Assembly (NCBI RefSeq): GCF_009914755.1
Contig: NC_060931.1
Source: the human T2T-CHM13v2.0 reference genome, Homo sapiens
Length of the DNA stretch: 64,000 nucleotides
Reading direction: 5' to 3' (one strand)
Made by a program: the position numbers and the translations under genes. Shown piece after piece: positions 39,835 to 53,369 of this stretch. Numbering within the stretch: position 1 is the first letter of the stretch; every line of letters begins with the position of its first letter. Below the pieces are notes generated by a model that saw only the letters and a program-made list of their open reading frames with translations, was not told the DNA's origin and searched no databases.

Positions 39835-41054
39835 GCCAAACCCTAACCCAGAGCAAGGTTCTAGCTGTCTTCAATTCTGTGAAGCCTCAGAGAGGTGAGA
39901 AAGCTACAGAGCCAAACTGTGGAGCTATCACAGGTTGGTTAACGAGGTTTAAGAAAAGAATTTACAACATAAAAGTGCAAGGTGAAGTAGCAAGTGCTGA
40001 TGTAGAAGCTACAGGAAGTTATCCAGAAGCTCTAAGATAATGGATGAAGGTGACTACACAAAACAATAGGTTTTTAATGTAAACAAAACAGCCTTTTGGA
40101 AGAAGATGTCAGGAAGTACCTTCATGGCTAGAGAGGAGAAGTCAATGCCTGGCTTCAAAGCTTCAAAGAAAAGGCCAAGTGTATTGTTACAGGCCAATAC
40201 AAGGTAACTTTAAGTTGAAGTCAATGCTCATTACAATTCAAAAAATTCTAGGGCCTTTAAGAATTATGCTAAATCTACTCTGTCTGTGCTCTGTAAATGA
40301 AACAACAAAGCCTGGATGACAGCATGTCTATTTATAGTATGGTTTACTGAATATTTTGAGCCCACTACTGAGATCTACTGCTAAGAAAAATATATACATT
40401 TTTTTTCAAAATGCTAGTGCTCATTGACAATGCATATGTCACACAAGAGCTGTGACAGTGATGTAAAGGGTTATTAATGTTGTTTTATCCCTGCTAAGAC
40501 AATGTCCATTCTGTAGCCCATGGATCAAGGAGTAATTCTGAATTTCAAGTGATATTACTTAAAAAATACATTGTGTAATGCTACAGCTGCCATAGATAGT
40601 GACTCTTCAGGATGGTTCTGGGCAAAGTAAATTGAAAACCTTCTGGGTAGGACTCACAAGTCTAGATGCCGTCAAGAACATTTTTGATTGAAGAGATGAG
40701 GTTAAATTATCCACGTTAACAAAAGTGAAGTTGATTCCATTGTCCAATGGGAGAAAGTTGATTCCAACCCTAATGGATGACTTTGAGGTTCAAGACTTCA
40801 GTGGAGAAATTAGCTATAGATGTATGAAAATAGTAAGAAAAATAGAATTAATAGTTGGAACCTAATAATGTTACTGATTTGCTGCAATCTCATGATAAAA
40901 CTTGAATGAATGAGGAGTCACTTCTTATGAATCAGCAAGAAACGTGGTTTCTCAAGATGGAGTCTACTCCTGGTGAAGACAATGTGAACACTGTTGAAAT
41001 GATAAAAAAGGATTTAAAATATTTACATAACCAGAGCTGATAAAGCAGTGGCAG
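39831..41054 (+). mobile_element. Tigger1 internal part in the opposite orientation
   Basis: ORF 39780-40040 'GWLTRFKKR..NIKVQGEVASADVEA' is CENP-B-like transposase; 40474-41054 is an inverted copy of 39254-39834. Confidence 0.93.
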
Positions 41055-41134
41055 AGTACTCAATCAGTATTCATAAAAAACCTTCTACTAATATATACTT
41101 CTTGAATGTCTCTTCAATTAAGTGTTGTCATTTA

Positions 41135-41366
41135 CCAAAGTCATTCTTGACTTGGGACAGATTATGTCTCCCAGAAAACATTTGGTTTTGTCAGAGACAT
41201 TTCTTATTGTCAATAAGTATGGGCTGGGGTGTATAGGTACTACTGCTATCTGGAGGGTGAAGGCCAGGCTTGCTACTAAACACCCTATAGTACATAGGAC
41301 AGCCTCCATAACAAATAATTATCCAGTCTCACATGTCAATAAGTGCCCAGTGTGTGACAACCTGAC
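41135..41366 (+). mobile_element. MER20 hAT-Charlie element
   Basis: 'catttggttttgtcagagacattt...ctactgctatctggagggtgaaggccagg...aattatccagtctcacatgtcaata'. Confidence 0.85.
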
Positions 41367-43499
41367 TTAGCATTACAAAAAGGAAAATGTCCTTTCAGTG
41401 ATGAAGAGAGATTTCTTTGTGTTTCTCAAGCCAAATTAGAATGTGTAAAACAACCAAAATTTTAAATTTAGTTATTAAGGGAACACACATATTATACTAT
41501 GATGATGCATATCCAAGTATGACTGCTGACTATGAAACATCAGGAACTGTGCTATTTACAAATTAGTAAATAAAAATCTAACAATATTATTGCAAAATTG
41601 GGAATTTGCTATTCAATATTACACAGTTGAAATAGAAATTCATTTTATGGAATTTTCCCAGTAAAGGAAATTCTCCGTGTATTTAACCATATAATGATAT
41701 TATTTTACACAAACTTATTTTTTAAATGTGCAAGTTATTATTAATGTATTTTACCCCAGACTGTACTCTTTAATAGGGAAAATCAAAAGCTAATTAGCTT
41801 TAGAGAGAACTTTAAAACCTAAGGAGATTATATATAAGGAAAAATCCTGACCAAAGACACATTAAATACAATTTAGATATTTATTAGGTGACATTAGTTT
41901 ATCAAATCATTAACATTTGAGGCATTGTAATCAGATACCAGAACCTACCTCAAATTCATTAAAAGTGTAATTTCAAATAAAATGTGTATCCCTTACACTT
42001 AACCCACACATAATTTACTATGGACTAGAATGCTGTGTTAAGTCTTTTGAAGTGAACAAAGTGTAAGGCTTGCAGTATTCATTTAAAAATATATCGAATT
42101 GATTGATTCAGGATTGATTGAATTGAATATTTAAGATGTTATACCTGTACACTAATATTCCATTGCTGATTCATCTGTACTATATTTGTTATTTATTTTA
42201 TAGGAAAGTGATTTTTTTTCCCTTCATGTGAAAATTTGTCATGGCCAGTCAATGGTCAAAATGGCAGATTTGCCACTTGGGCCACCATTTGTAATTTTTC
42301 TGGAAAGCATTTACAGTTATAGCATCAATTGAAGTACATGTTCTTTTCAGCATGTAAATTACACCCTAGAGTATAACTTTCTGCACAATTTCAGTTGCAT
42401 GAGCTGATAGCCTGTGATCTACAGTCAGAATTATTTCCTCAAAGGTGAGAGGGTTCTATAATGGGCCTCCAAATGTCAGATTTCACCTTTGGCAGGGTGT
42501 TGACTAATGATCCTAGAAGAAAAAAATAAAAGTTAGTGCAAGGCGGCAAAGTTTTTCACTTTTAATTTTTTAATCACTTACACATATGTGAAACCAGCAA
42601 TTGGCCATCAACCAAATAATATACCTTATAGACCTTTTTTCCTTTTAAAAATTAGAGCATCAGAAACATTACAATCTTGATGTGTCATACATGCTAGTTC
42701 AAATAGCATAGGTCAGCAACAATTTAGTATTAATATAGTTGATCAGTATACATACTTATCTTTCCATTCTATTATCATGTTTTTCTATATCAGTTAACTC
42801 AGTAGTGAAACTTTTGGCAAACCAATAACTTTGCAGTCCTACTCAATGGCAATATTCCTCTTTCTCAGCTGCACAACATCCCAGAGAAGTCAAATCCCAA
42901 ATGTTGTGTCCTTGACACTTAACTTTACACTGGGCCTTCTGTTGTCCTATATATTTTGTCTAGATGTTTTCAGGCAGATCAAAATTTTCTGAAGTTTCTG
43001 TTACATGGAGTTTTCCATTTATCAGACAATGCCAGCTAAGTATAAAGAAAAGAAATTTCTTCTTACAGATTGAAAGCATGTATAAAATCAGAAGACATCT
43101 GTGGATGATGATAAATGATACAAATTATATTTCGATTGTTCCCTGGAGAGCCATATAATGCTTTTCCTCATTTGGCTTTAATTTTTCCCATTTTCTTTAT
43201 CCTTTTGCTGATCCATAGATGATATATATATTAATATTAATAGTCATTTTTCAGAGAAACAAATATTAATTGTAACAACCAAAGCTGTTGAATGGCACTG
43301 TGAAAGATCTGATTTTGTAGAACGCAATGCTCCAGAAATTATTTTCTCTTAAACATTGTGTTTTCAACTTGAATACTCTATTTCTTACCAACATGGTTAA
43401 GCTTTTCCTATTTATTATGCTTTTGCTATCAATAACAAAAATATTACTTAAAAAAAAGTAGGCATGACATTTGGTAGTAATTATACCTCTGCCAAGGAA

Positions 43500-43880
43500 T
43501 ATGTCTCTGTATGTCATCTCCCTGATCTGCTGTGCGCAGCAGTTCTCCACTTTGTCGTATTTTCATATTCTCAGTGGGAAATGGACAGCAGTGACACTTT
43601 GCCAGTTTGGCCGAGACATTAAGAGTTTTTCCATGCTTCCATTTACCTACTTGCACTCTTGTGATATGCAATGAAAAGGGCCTGCTCTAATTATCTGCTG
43701 CTCCAAGGAGAATGGGGAAACATGTGAACTGAGACTGGGAGCCTGCAGCCAAGATGAGCTGCAGTCTGTCAGAGCTACTCTGGCCATGTGCGGTCTTGGA
43801 AGCCACCTGCTTGTTGTAAATCACTGAGATTTGGAGTGGTTTGGTACACATGATAATTGTGACCATATGTGGCTAATACA
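43500..43880 (+). mobile_element. MLT1 (I/J-like) solo LTR
   Basis: 'cagtgacactttgccagttt...gttgtaaatcactgagatttggagtggtttg...ggctaataca'. Confidence 0.7.
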
Positions 43881-45544
43881 TGCCCTTAAAACATGAAGTT
43901 TTAAGTAGAAAATGGGCAGTTTCTCCTCATATGCAGCTATGAATTATATTACAATTTTTAAAAATAGTCATCCTCATAAACTAATCCATAATAAGGGTAT
44001 TTGATTTGAAAGACAATAGTGTGCTTTGTTTATAGGTATTAATGTTTTAAGCTCTATGTTCTTCCTCACCCAAAAGACCCTAAATCTATTGAGAGTAGAA
44101 TATCATTATACACGTGCATTTAACTTTGCAACAAAATAAATATCACAAATGTTGCTGTATGATTAATTTAAAAATATATACACTTTAATCAATATATAAT
44201 ATATAAAATGTATATTATATATGGGTGAACACGTGGTAGATAGTATTACAAAATCTCATATTGTTTAATACTGAACAAATATAATGGATTTCAATAATTT
44301 TGTGAGGTACATTTTTTAAGATGCATGTAAATATTCACATGCAAGAACATGTATTTTGTTGTTGAACATTTTTAATATTGGATTTCAATATCATTAATTT
44401 CTATTTGAAGTACCTGTTTTAATATTATTCATTCTATATCTATATTTTCTCCATAGACCTGGTTGAATTTTATCACGATTACATATGTGCATATGTATAC
44501 ATATACATATTTCAATCATGTTAAAAAATTTGGCATGCGATTTACACTCTTATCAAGCAGTATTACTTTGACTAAAGAACCATGATTTTATATAGGATTA
44601 TGGTGTTTCAAAATTAGAATTCATCTATTCGTGTCTTCTGAAAAATGCAAATGTATCACCAAATCCCTGAAGTATATCTCCAAATTGGGATCTTTTTTCT
44701 AAGACGTTAAACTAGAAATAAATTTGCAGTGGTTTTAGAAATATAAAATTTGCCATTTTGGGAGTGCTTTTACTATCTCTGAATACAAACGTTATATTCA
44801 TAAGGGTAAATTTTTCATTTTATAATAAAAACTTAGGCTGTAACTTTAATAAATTAATTCTTCATAGGTTTAATTTGTTACAAATCTATCTTGTGTTGTT
44901 ATACACAGAAACAAATGAACAAATCCTTAAATTTGAATGTATGACACATTGCCATTAAGAAAGTATTTCTTTTGCCTAGTCTCTTGGGAGTAGGCAGAAA
45001 AGCAATCATACGTACTCATGTCGGTGACTTTAATAATATTTTGGCTTCCATGGGGAAAATATATTTTTTTACTTTTGAGTAATGTGATCAGTAGCAATTC
45101 TGTACTTCAGATATCTAAGATGAAAGTCTGAGTCTTATGCACTGTAATAGAAAAAGCTTAGAAAATCTATCTCATACTCTCAAACAGACAATCCACAGAT
45201 AATCACAGTTCACTGTCAGAAATATTGCTTTAACCCACATTTTCCATATAATAACTCAGTACTATTGAAAATGATACTCTGTAGCAGTCAGGTCTCGAAT
45301 GATTGTGGTCAGCTACAGAAAGGAAAATGTCCAAATGTATTGTTAAAAACATAAAGTAAGGCTTTGGAAACTTAATGGTAAATGATTTTAAAAAATGTAT
45401 AAAATATCATTACAAATCAAGTTTAGCTATAATGAACAGTGTGCATATAATGGCTAAGGTATTTTTAAAAATATTTTTAGGGTAGTTTGTTTTTCATCAG
45501 AGAAGAAAAATGACGGATATACAAGTGAGCTATAAAGATAAATT

Positions 45545-45732
45545 TGTTGGCATGTAGGTTGGTTCCACATTTTTGAGAGGGTGAGGGACAAAACACTACA
45601 AATTGAGATCAGTGTATACTGCTCGAGTGATGGGCGCACCAAAACCTCACAAATAGCCACTAAAGAACTTACTAATGTGACCAAATACCACTTGTTCTCC
45701 AAAAATCTATAGAAATAAAAAATTTTTAAAAA
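45545..45732 (+). mobile_element. L1PB 3' tail with a short inverted 5' piece
   Basis: 'gtatactgctcgagtgatgggcgcaccaaaacctcacaaatagccactaaagaactt' plus inverted ORF2-end 'gttggttccacatttttg'. Confidence 0.85.
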
Positions 45733-46309
45733 TCACTCTTTGTGGAAACAAATGCTGACAAAATTCAATGTAAAGTGACATAAAAGTGATCATTTAACGC
45801 TAAAAATTAGTCATCAGTTAGGACAGTAAATTAACTATGAATTCATTATGATGTTTTTGTACGAGTAAACATTTTATTACAAAGTATGTTTTAGAATAAA
45901 TAAACATGACTAGAAGCGACTATTTTACTTTTTATTACTGGGTTGAAGGATTTCACTGAATGCACTGATATTCCAGATATATTACACTGATAATTTTTAA
46001 TTACAAATAATATTTTCAAAAAAACAAAGCAAATGAGAAGAAAGAAGAGCAAAAAATGAGGAACAAGAGGGGAAGGAACACAAGAAAACAATGGAGTGGG
46101 AGTAGGAATAGCAAGGATACAATTAGGAGGAGCAATATGCTGAGGAAAAGGAGACGGAGATTTAAATTTATAAATTTAACCTATTCATAAGCAAGAGCAA
46201 AAGCAGGATCGAGAAAGTATCCTGAATTGAACTGGCTGACTCCAGAGCCATGCATATGTGATGCAAACTGAAAGCAGTTTGCAGAAAAGGCTTAAAGAAC
46301 TGAAGTATT

Positions 46310-47058
46310 TGCAATATTTATCTTTCTGTGCCTGGCTTATTTCACTTAGCATAATGTCCTCTAGTTCATCCGTATCATCATATATGGAAGCATTCCTTTC
46401 CTTTTAAGGCTGAATAATATTTCATTGTTCATATATATACATATATAAAATATAATTGTCTTGTAATTTATATTACATAATATAAAATTATATATGATAC
46501 AATATGAAAATAATATATACAGTACATAATTACATTATTATGTTATATATTTTACATAATATATAATATATAATTATAAATCATATATTACATTATTTAT
46601 ATAATATATAATATATTACATATTTTATATTATTTTATAGATGATATTATATATATCTATAATATAATATTGTATATAAAATATAATATATAATGTATGT
46701 ATTATATATTATATTACATAATAAATATATAATTATAATTATAGATTATATAGATTACTATATATGTATATATAATATATAATATATTACATACACAATA
46801 TTATATATACACAATATTATATTATATAATATGTGATAAATAATATAAGGTATGACATATTAATATATGTAAATGTATATGATGCATATTACATGTATAT
46901 GCATATATCTATATGCATATAGATCATCTATATCTCCAAAACATATATACTGTATTTAACTCTATATACATATATAGATCATATGTTTTACATGATATAT
47001 GTATTGATACTTTCTTTACATATTAATCAATTGACATTTAGATTGTTTCCATATCAAA
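46310..47058 (-). mobile_element. L1M fragment split by an AT-rich low-complexity tract (~46430-47000)
   Basis: 'tctgtgcctggcttatttcacttagcataatgtcctc' on the left, 'gacatttagattgtttccatatc' on the right. Confidence 0.8.
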
Positions 47059-47099
47059 ATATGCTTGAAATATAGTATATTATAACTGTCAAAAAAGGC

Positions 47100-48950
47100 T
47101 TTTAATTTTAAAATAACTCTGACTACTCTGTTAAAGACTCGAATGAAAGCAGAGGCTTCATAAAAGATCAGGTACGCAATTTCAGCCAATATTCAGGAGT
47201 TTTAAGAAAAAATCACAAAGAAGTGCTAGAAAGAAGGTAGAATTAAAAATACATTAAGAGAAATGAATAATCTTTTTGACTGGCTCATGAATAGAATTAA
47301 CACAGCTGAGAGAAGAATCAGTGAACTTGAAGACCAGCAATAGAAATTTTCAAACTGAGATGAACAGAGAAGTGTGAAAATAAAATCAGAGGATCAAAGA
47401 ATGTTAGGACAAAATCAAATGGTCTAACATGAACATAACATGAACATAACATAATCCCAGAGGAAGAACAAGATAGGGAGCAGGATAAATATAAAGAAGT
47501 AATGGCTGAGAATTTCCTAAAATTAGTGACAGGCACCAAGCCACAGATCTGGGAAGACAAGAAATCAAGCAAGATAAATATCCAATGAAAATACACCTTG
47601 GCCTATCATATTTAAGCTATTGAAATCAAAGACAAAGAGAAAAAATCATGAAGGCAGCCAGAGGAAGAGAGACCCCAAAAAGCAGTCACAGGAATAAGAA
47701 TAATAATTACAGTTTAGTTTTTATCAGATTCCATATAAGCAAGAAGACAAAGCAATGACCAAAATATTGGATCTATGCGAATAAATGAAGAATACTATAA
47801 ATAGAATAAATGAATAGAAAAAATTGCAATTACTTTAAAAACAGCTGAAAGCAAAATATTAATTGTGTACCATGTGTTTATAGTATACACAGAATTGAAA
47901 TCCATAACACTGATGTGTGATACAACAGGGAAGATTTGATAATATATACTTATAAGTGTCTTACACTACAAAGGAGGCATACAATATTATTTAAAGATGG
48001 ATGGATAGTATTAGAAATATGTGAAAAATATTGTAGTTCTATGGACATCAATAAAATGTTTTTAAAACGGGCATAAATGTTAACTCCATAGAGGAAATTA
48101 AGTAGAATTTCAGAAAATGTTCTAACAATTACAATCTACTGCTGCTACCATAATGATCCACTTATCCATTCAACTGAAGAGAAAAACAATCTAAAGACAT
48201 GAACAGTAATTTTACAGAAGAAACAGAAATGTTCGGTACAAATATAAATAAAAGTTTAATAATATTGCTTATCAGAAAAATGCAAATGTACTACATGAAA
48301 GATTGGTAATAGTATTTAATAGTGGAAGTTCATACTACCGTTAGAAGGAGTATAAGCTGATACAACATTATTGGAAATGTTTGGCTTTATCATTTAATGC
48401 TAAACATATTCGTGCCACATGTTACTAGGAATTCTACTTCTAGAGACAGCCCTTGGTGTTACTGGTTTACCAGGAGACACACACTTATTCAACAAAGTGC
48501 ATAGCAACATGCTTTGTAACATTGAAACTTGGAAACAACCAAATGTCTATCAGAAGCCAATTGATAAATCAATTTTAACATATTCACACACAAGAATAAT
48601 AGGAAGCAGAGGAAGTTAACTTCAAACACATGCCCAAACTGAAGAAACTGAGTAACATCCTTCTTAATGAAATGAGCTGGTGATAGAAACATATATACAG
48701 ACTAATACAGTTTATATACAATTCAAAAATATTCCAAAGCAAACTAGTATTTGGTTTTACTTGTGTTCTGTAATAATATAATAAAACCAAGGGAAATGCC
48801 AGTACAATATTTAGTTTTTCAATACAGTAGAGGAGTGAGGAATATTTAAAAATCTGAAGAGGCAAGGAGAGGGACTGCACCAAATTAGAAAAGAAAGAAA
48901 TAAAATAATAAAACAACCTATATGCATTTTGTGTGTTGTCTCATATATAC
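47100..48950 (+). mobile_element. Old L1M fragments (ORF1 region, then L1ME 3' end)
   Basis: 'gaatcagtgaacttgaagaccagcaatagaaatt...aatggctgagaatttcctaaa'; 'gaaacttggaaacaaccaaatgtctatc'. Confidence 0.75.
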
Positions 48951-49221
48951 ATATAAATGTGTGTATGTACTTATATATAATATGTGTATATTTTTAGTAG
49001 ATTCCTAAAAACATATCCATTTTACAGTATTGTGGAAGAAAAATTATGTAAAGGATTTGAAGGATTGATGACCAGTCTTTCAAATTCCTGGAGCCTTATC
49101 TCACATTTTTTCTATTTGGATCAAAAGTTCTAAGAGGAAAACCATACTCTGAATATTTTATTTAAATTTAACAAGGTTGTATTCATTGATTTTCATGAAT
49201 CAAATGAACCTATTTTGAGGT

Positions 49222-49530
49222 GTGTGTTTGTTTCGTTTTGTTTTGTTTGAGATGGAGTCTCGCTCTGTCACCCAGGCCGGAGGCGATCTCAGCTCAGCTC
49301 AGTGCATCCTCCGCCTCCCATGTTCAAGTGATTCTCTTGCCTCACCCTTCTGAGTAGCTAGGATTACAGGTGCCCACCACCACACCTGGCTAATTTTTGT
49401 ATTATATATTTTTAGTAGAGACGGGGTTTCGCAATGTTGGTCAGGCTGGTCCCGAACTCCTGACCTCGTGATCCACCTGCCTTGGCCTCCCAAAGTGCTG
49501 GGATTACAGGTGTGAGCCACAGTGCCTGGC
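49222..49530 (-). mobile_element. Alu (AluS)
   Basis: Antisense dimer; TSD ctattttga. Confidence 0.94.
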
Positions 49531-50458
49531 TGCTATTTTGAATTTTTGTATGCACACACTATGGAAGGTTTTTGATTGTCAAAATCAAAACTGTTAAAAT
49601 AATATTCTATTTGGAAGTCATTAGAATGCTGATAACAAAGAATATGTCTGAATTACTTGAATATGTAAGATTTCATCTGAGGTTATCAATCTGACACTCA
49701 GTTGTAGAGCAGTCAAAATTTACATACTTTCCAAAATATATAAAAACAAACATAAACTCAATCTTTTCATCTATTCAATCTGAAAGTCTTGCTCTGTTGT
49801 ATATGGGTTTTATTTTGAAATGTCACATTTCCTTAAATCACACAGAGCACCACATCTGCTAAACGCTCACATGTTCACTAGCCCTCTTCAAAAGTCAGTT
49901 TACTTTACTTCTAGCTGTGCAAATTTTCTCTCATCCTTCTTCATTTTTAGTAGAGGGCCCACAGTGTATAATTTATTTGGCAATTAGCCAGTCTTTTCAG
50001 GGTTATAATTGTTCAATTCAAATGTATGTTCCATTTCATGTATGAGTATTGGAAGTGCTGTATATCAGTATATACTTATATTCTCTTAAGAAGCATCTGA
50101 TATAATTGTCTTTCCCTATGTCTACACCACATGTTACAAACTAATCATTTACAGAAGAACCAAAAGCTTCCTTGGCATGGAAAAAATTACTCGAGGTCAG
50201 TATTTTTGATGAGGAGATTGTGTCAGTTGTCGAAGATAGATGACCAGCATCTTAAAGAATTGTCAACATGTGGTATGGTTTATTTCTTATAGCTAAGCAA
50301 AATATTTAAAGGTTCATTTCACACAAACTTCTTCTTTTGCTGAGGATGACTGCTCCTGAATATGTTCAAAAGGAGTCTGTGCAAACCTTTCAAGGAGTTT
50401 GGCTGTAGAAGAGAAGAGAGACAGAGAGAAAACTAGCTAAAAGGAAGACTTCTGTATA

Positions 50459-50499
<41 letters not shown>

Positions 50500-50709
50500 C
50501 TATACATACACATAAACATACACATATGTGATTGGGAGAGACTTAAGTATGTTTAAAATGACTTTAATAATCCAGTTGATATTAGAGAGAAAAGGCAATT
50601 GATGAGCATAACTCACACTCTTTTTTTTCTTTTTTTTGAATGGTCTAGGCATAATGCCTTTCTTACAGGGAGTGCAGTGTGGAATGGGAGAAGTAAAAAA
50701 AAAAAATGA

Positions 50710-51220
50710 GTAGCTTTACTTGGAAGAAACTAAAGATAATACCTCATTCAGCCCAGTATTCGAAGTTAACATAGACAGTGGAATCATGTGTGCCTTGATA
50801 TGATGTGATAAAAATGACACTTTGACTTTGGGATTTTCTTTCCCACACTAATCAGTCCAGTCAAATCATGAGAAAAACATCAGACAAATCTCAACTGAGG
50901 GATATTCTACATAACATCTGATATGTACTCCTTAATACTGTCAAAATCATCAGAAAAAAAATCTGAAAAACTGTCACAACCATGAAGAGTCTAAGAGTCA
51001 TGATAACTAAATGTAATGTGGTTTCTCAGATGGGATCCTGGAATTGAAAAGGCACAGTAGGTAAAAACCGAGGAAATTTGAGTGAACTCTAATTTGAAGT
51101 TGAACACAAAGGAGGTATATAAGTGTAAACAGGTTTTTGGGTGAGTTGAAAGGATATTGAGGCAACTCCCAATTGAACTTGTATTGTTTTCCTTGTGAGA
51201 TAAAAATAAAATCAACTACT
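50710..51220 (+). mobile_element. L1MC 3' UTR fragment
   Basis: 'aatcatgagaaaaacatcagacaaatctcaactgagggatattctac'. Confidence 0.75.
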
Positions 51221-51491
51221 AAAAATGAAAATGGAGTCCAAAAATTTAGGATAGTACTGAATTTGAAAGAAAAAAAAGCGCAAAATGTGATGGCACATTT
51301 ATCGAAGAAAGAGAATAGTGAGGCTATTGTGGGATAATGTTAAGTAAGTTGCGTATCTTGAAACTGGTGTGATCTGTTGTGTGAAATTATCTAACCATGC
51401 CAGGCTCTGGAGCAGCTTTTGATATGTGCTGGGGCTCATACAAGTTTTGATTTTGCCAGACGAGTGAGATAAAAATTTGTCATTTGGCAAG

Positions 51492-52064
51492 TATGTTAGT
51501 CAGGGCTTTCTAGAGAGACAGAACCAATACGAAATATGTATCCATCTATATTTCTAGCTAGCTAGCTATACATATACTAGAGGAGATTTATTAGGGTAAT
51601 TGTCTCAGAAGATTATAGAGGCTGAGAAGTTCCACAATAGGCCATTTGTAAATTGGCCAATCAAGAGCGCTAGAAGTGTGGCTCAATCCAAGCCCAAAAG
51701 CCTCAGAACTAGAGACGCCCATGGTGTAATTCTCTGTCAGAGGCAGAAGACCTGAAAATCTGGGGAGCCGCTGTTGGTGCAATTCCCCGAGTCCAAAGGC
51801 CAGAGAACCTGGAGTTCTGATGTCCAAGGGCAGGAGTAAAAGGGTGTCCAAGCTGCAGGAGAGAGAGAGAGAGAGCCTTCTTGTTCAATTTGTGTCCCTA
51901 GTTGATTGGATGGTACCTGAGCACATTGAGGCCAGATCTTCCCCACTTAGTCCACTAACTCACACATGAATCACCTAGAACAACCTTAACCATTCCCCCA
52001 AAACAATGTCTTACCAACTAAGTATCTCTTAATCCAGTTAAGTAGGCACCTAAAATTAACCATC
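51492..52064 (-). mobile_element. MLT2B-like ERVL solo LTR
   Basis: 'gttagtcagggctttctagagagacagaaccaata...gaggctgagaagttccacaataggcc...aaaattaaccatca'. Confidence 0.88.
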
Positions 52065-52380
52065 AAAGCAAAAGTAATATTAAAATGATGAAACCTGGAT
52101 AAAAAAGGAATATTATTAGCATAATATATCAAATTACCATCAATATATACCATACGAATTTGTCCTCCTAATTTCAATGAATATGATTGTCTACTTTTCT
52201 AAACACTCATCAGTAATGTTTTATGTTTTTATTTTTGAGAATTTAGTAATCAGTGATGCATACCTTAATCCTTAGATTGGCATGATCACAGTTACTATTA
52301 TAAAAGTTATCATGTTTCCATCTGCTCCACAGCCAACCAGCACCTCATTTTTCAACATCTAAAGAGACAATTAAGTTTCA

Positions 52381-52703
52381 ATAGACTGGGAAACTTATAA
52401 AGAAAAAGAGGTTTAATTGACTCACAGTTCCATATGGCTGGCGAGGACTCACAATCATGGCGGAAGGCGAATGAGTAGCAAAGTCACATCTTACATGGCA
52501 GCAGGCTCAGAGAGCATGCTCAGGGGAACTTCCCTTTATAAAACCATCAGATCTCATGAAACTTATTCACTGTCATGAGAACAGCATGGGAAAGACCCAC
52601 CTCCATGATTCATATAGCTCCCACCAGTTCCCTCCCATGACATGTCAGAATTATTACAATTCAAGGTGAGATTTAGGTCGGGACTCGGAGCCAAACAATA
52701 TCA
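52381..52703 (-). mobile_element. THE1 (C-like) LTR, 3'-truncated
   Basis: 'gaggtttaattgactcacagttcc...aaaaccatcagatctcatg...gagccaaacaatatca'. Confidence 0.9.
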
Positions 52704-53369
52704 ATCTCATATATATTTCACGTTAATCATAACTTCAAATTTGAGAGGTTATATATTCAGTCAAGCCTTCCTCAATCAAATCCATTTGTAGTAGAATAAA
52801 CATTATTCGATGTGTTTTTGGAATACGGTTATCATTCTTAGTTTAAAGCACAGATACAGACTTTTAGTTATTCATAAGTTTCTATCTTTCCAGAAGATGT
52901 CACAATATAGCATTAAAGTTCTGACCCGTGTTATGAGATATAACTATGGGAAAGCAGGGGACAAAAATTACTAAATTTGTATATGACACCATTTATCACA
53001 ATTAATTTAAAATTTATTTGGCAGGTATAATGTAAAACTAAACACATTAATAAGTTAAAAATAATTGATGAGAATACATTTTCACACCCAGGGGACAATA
53101 TGTCTGTAAATGGTAAATTAAATCCCAAGTATTTTACATAGAAACATGTTTCTGAGCAGGTGAGCCATAGACCTTGTGATCATGTCAAGAAATTCTATGA
53201 TTTAAATTCTATGATTCTATATAACCACTGAGATAATTGATATGAAAATATTTTAAAATATGAGTATAATTCACAGGAGTTTCAGGAGAAATGACAAATG
53301 TAAAACAAGATAGTATTCGATGGAAGAGATTCCTATTGATCTTGTTGAAGATTATTATGAGAAAACTTT

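Noticed and set aside
39443-40040. Domesticated Tigger-derived gene (TIGD-like)
   Set aside because: Only short frames with stops and frameshifts; the element is rearranged and lacks its 5' end
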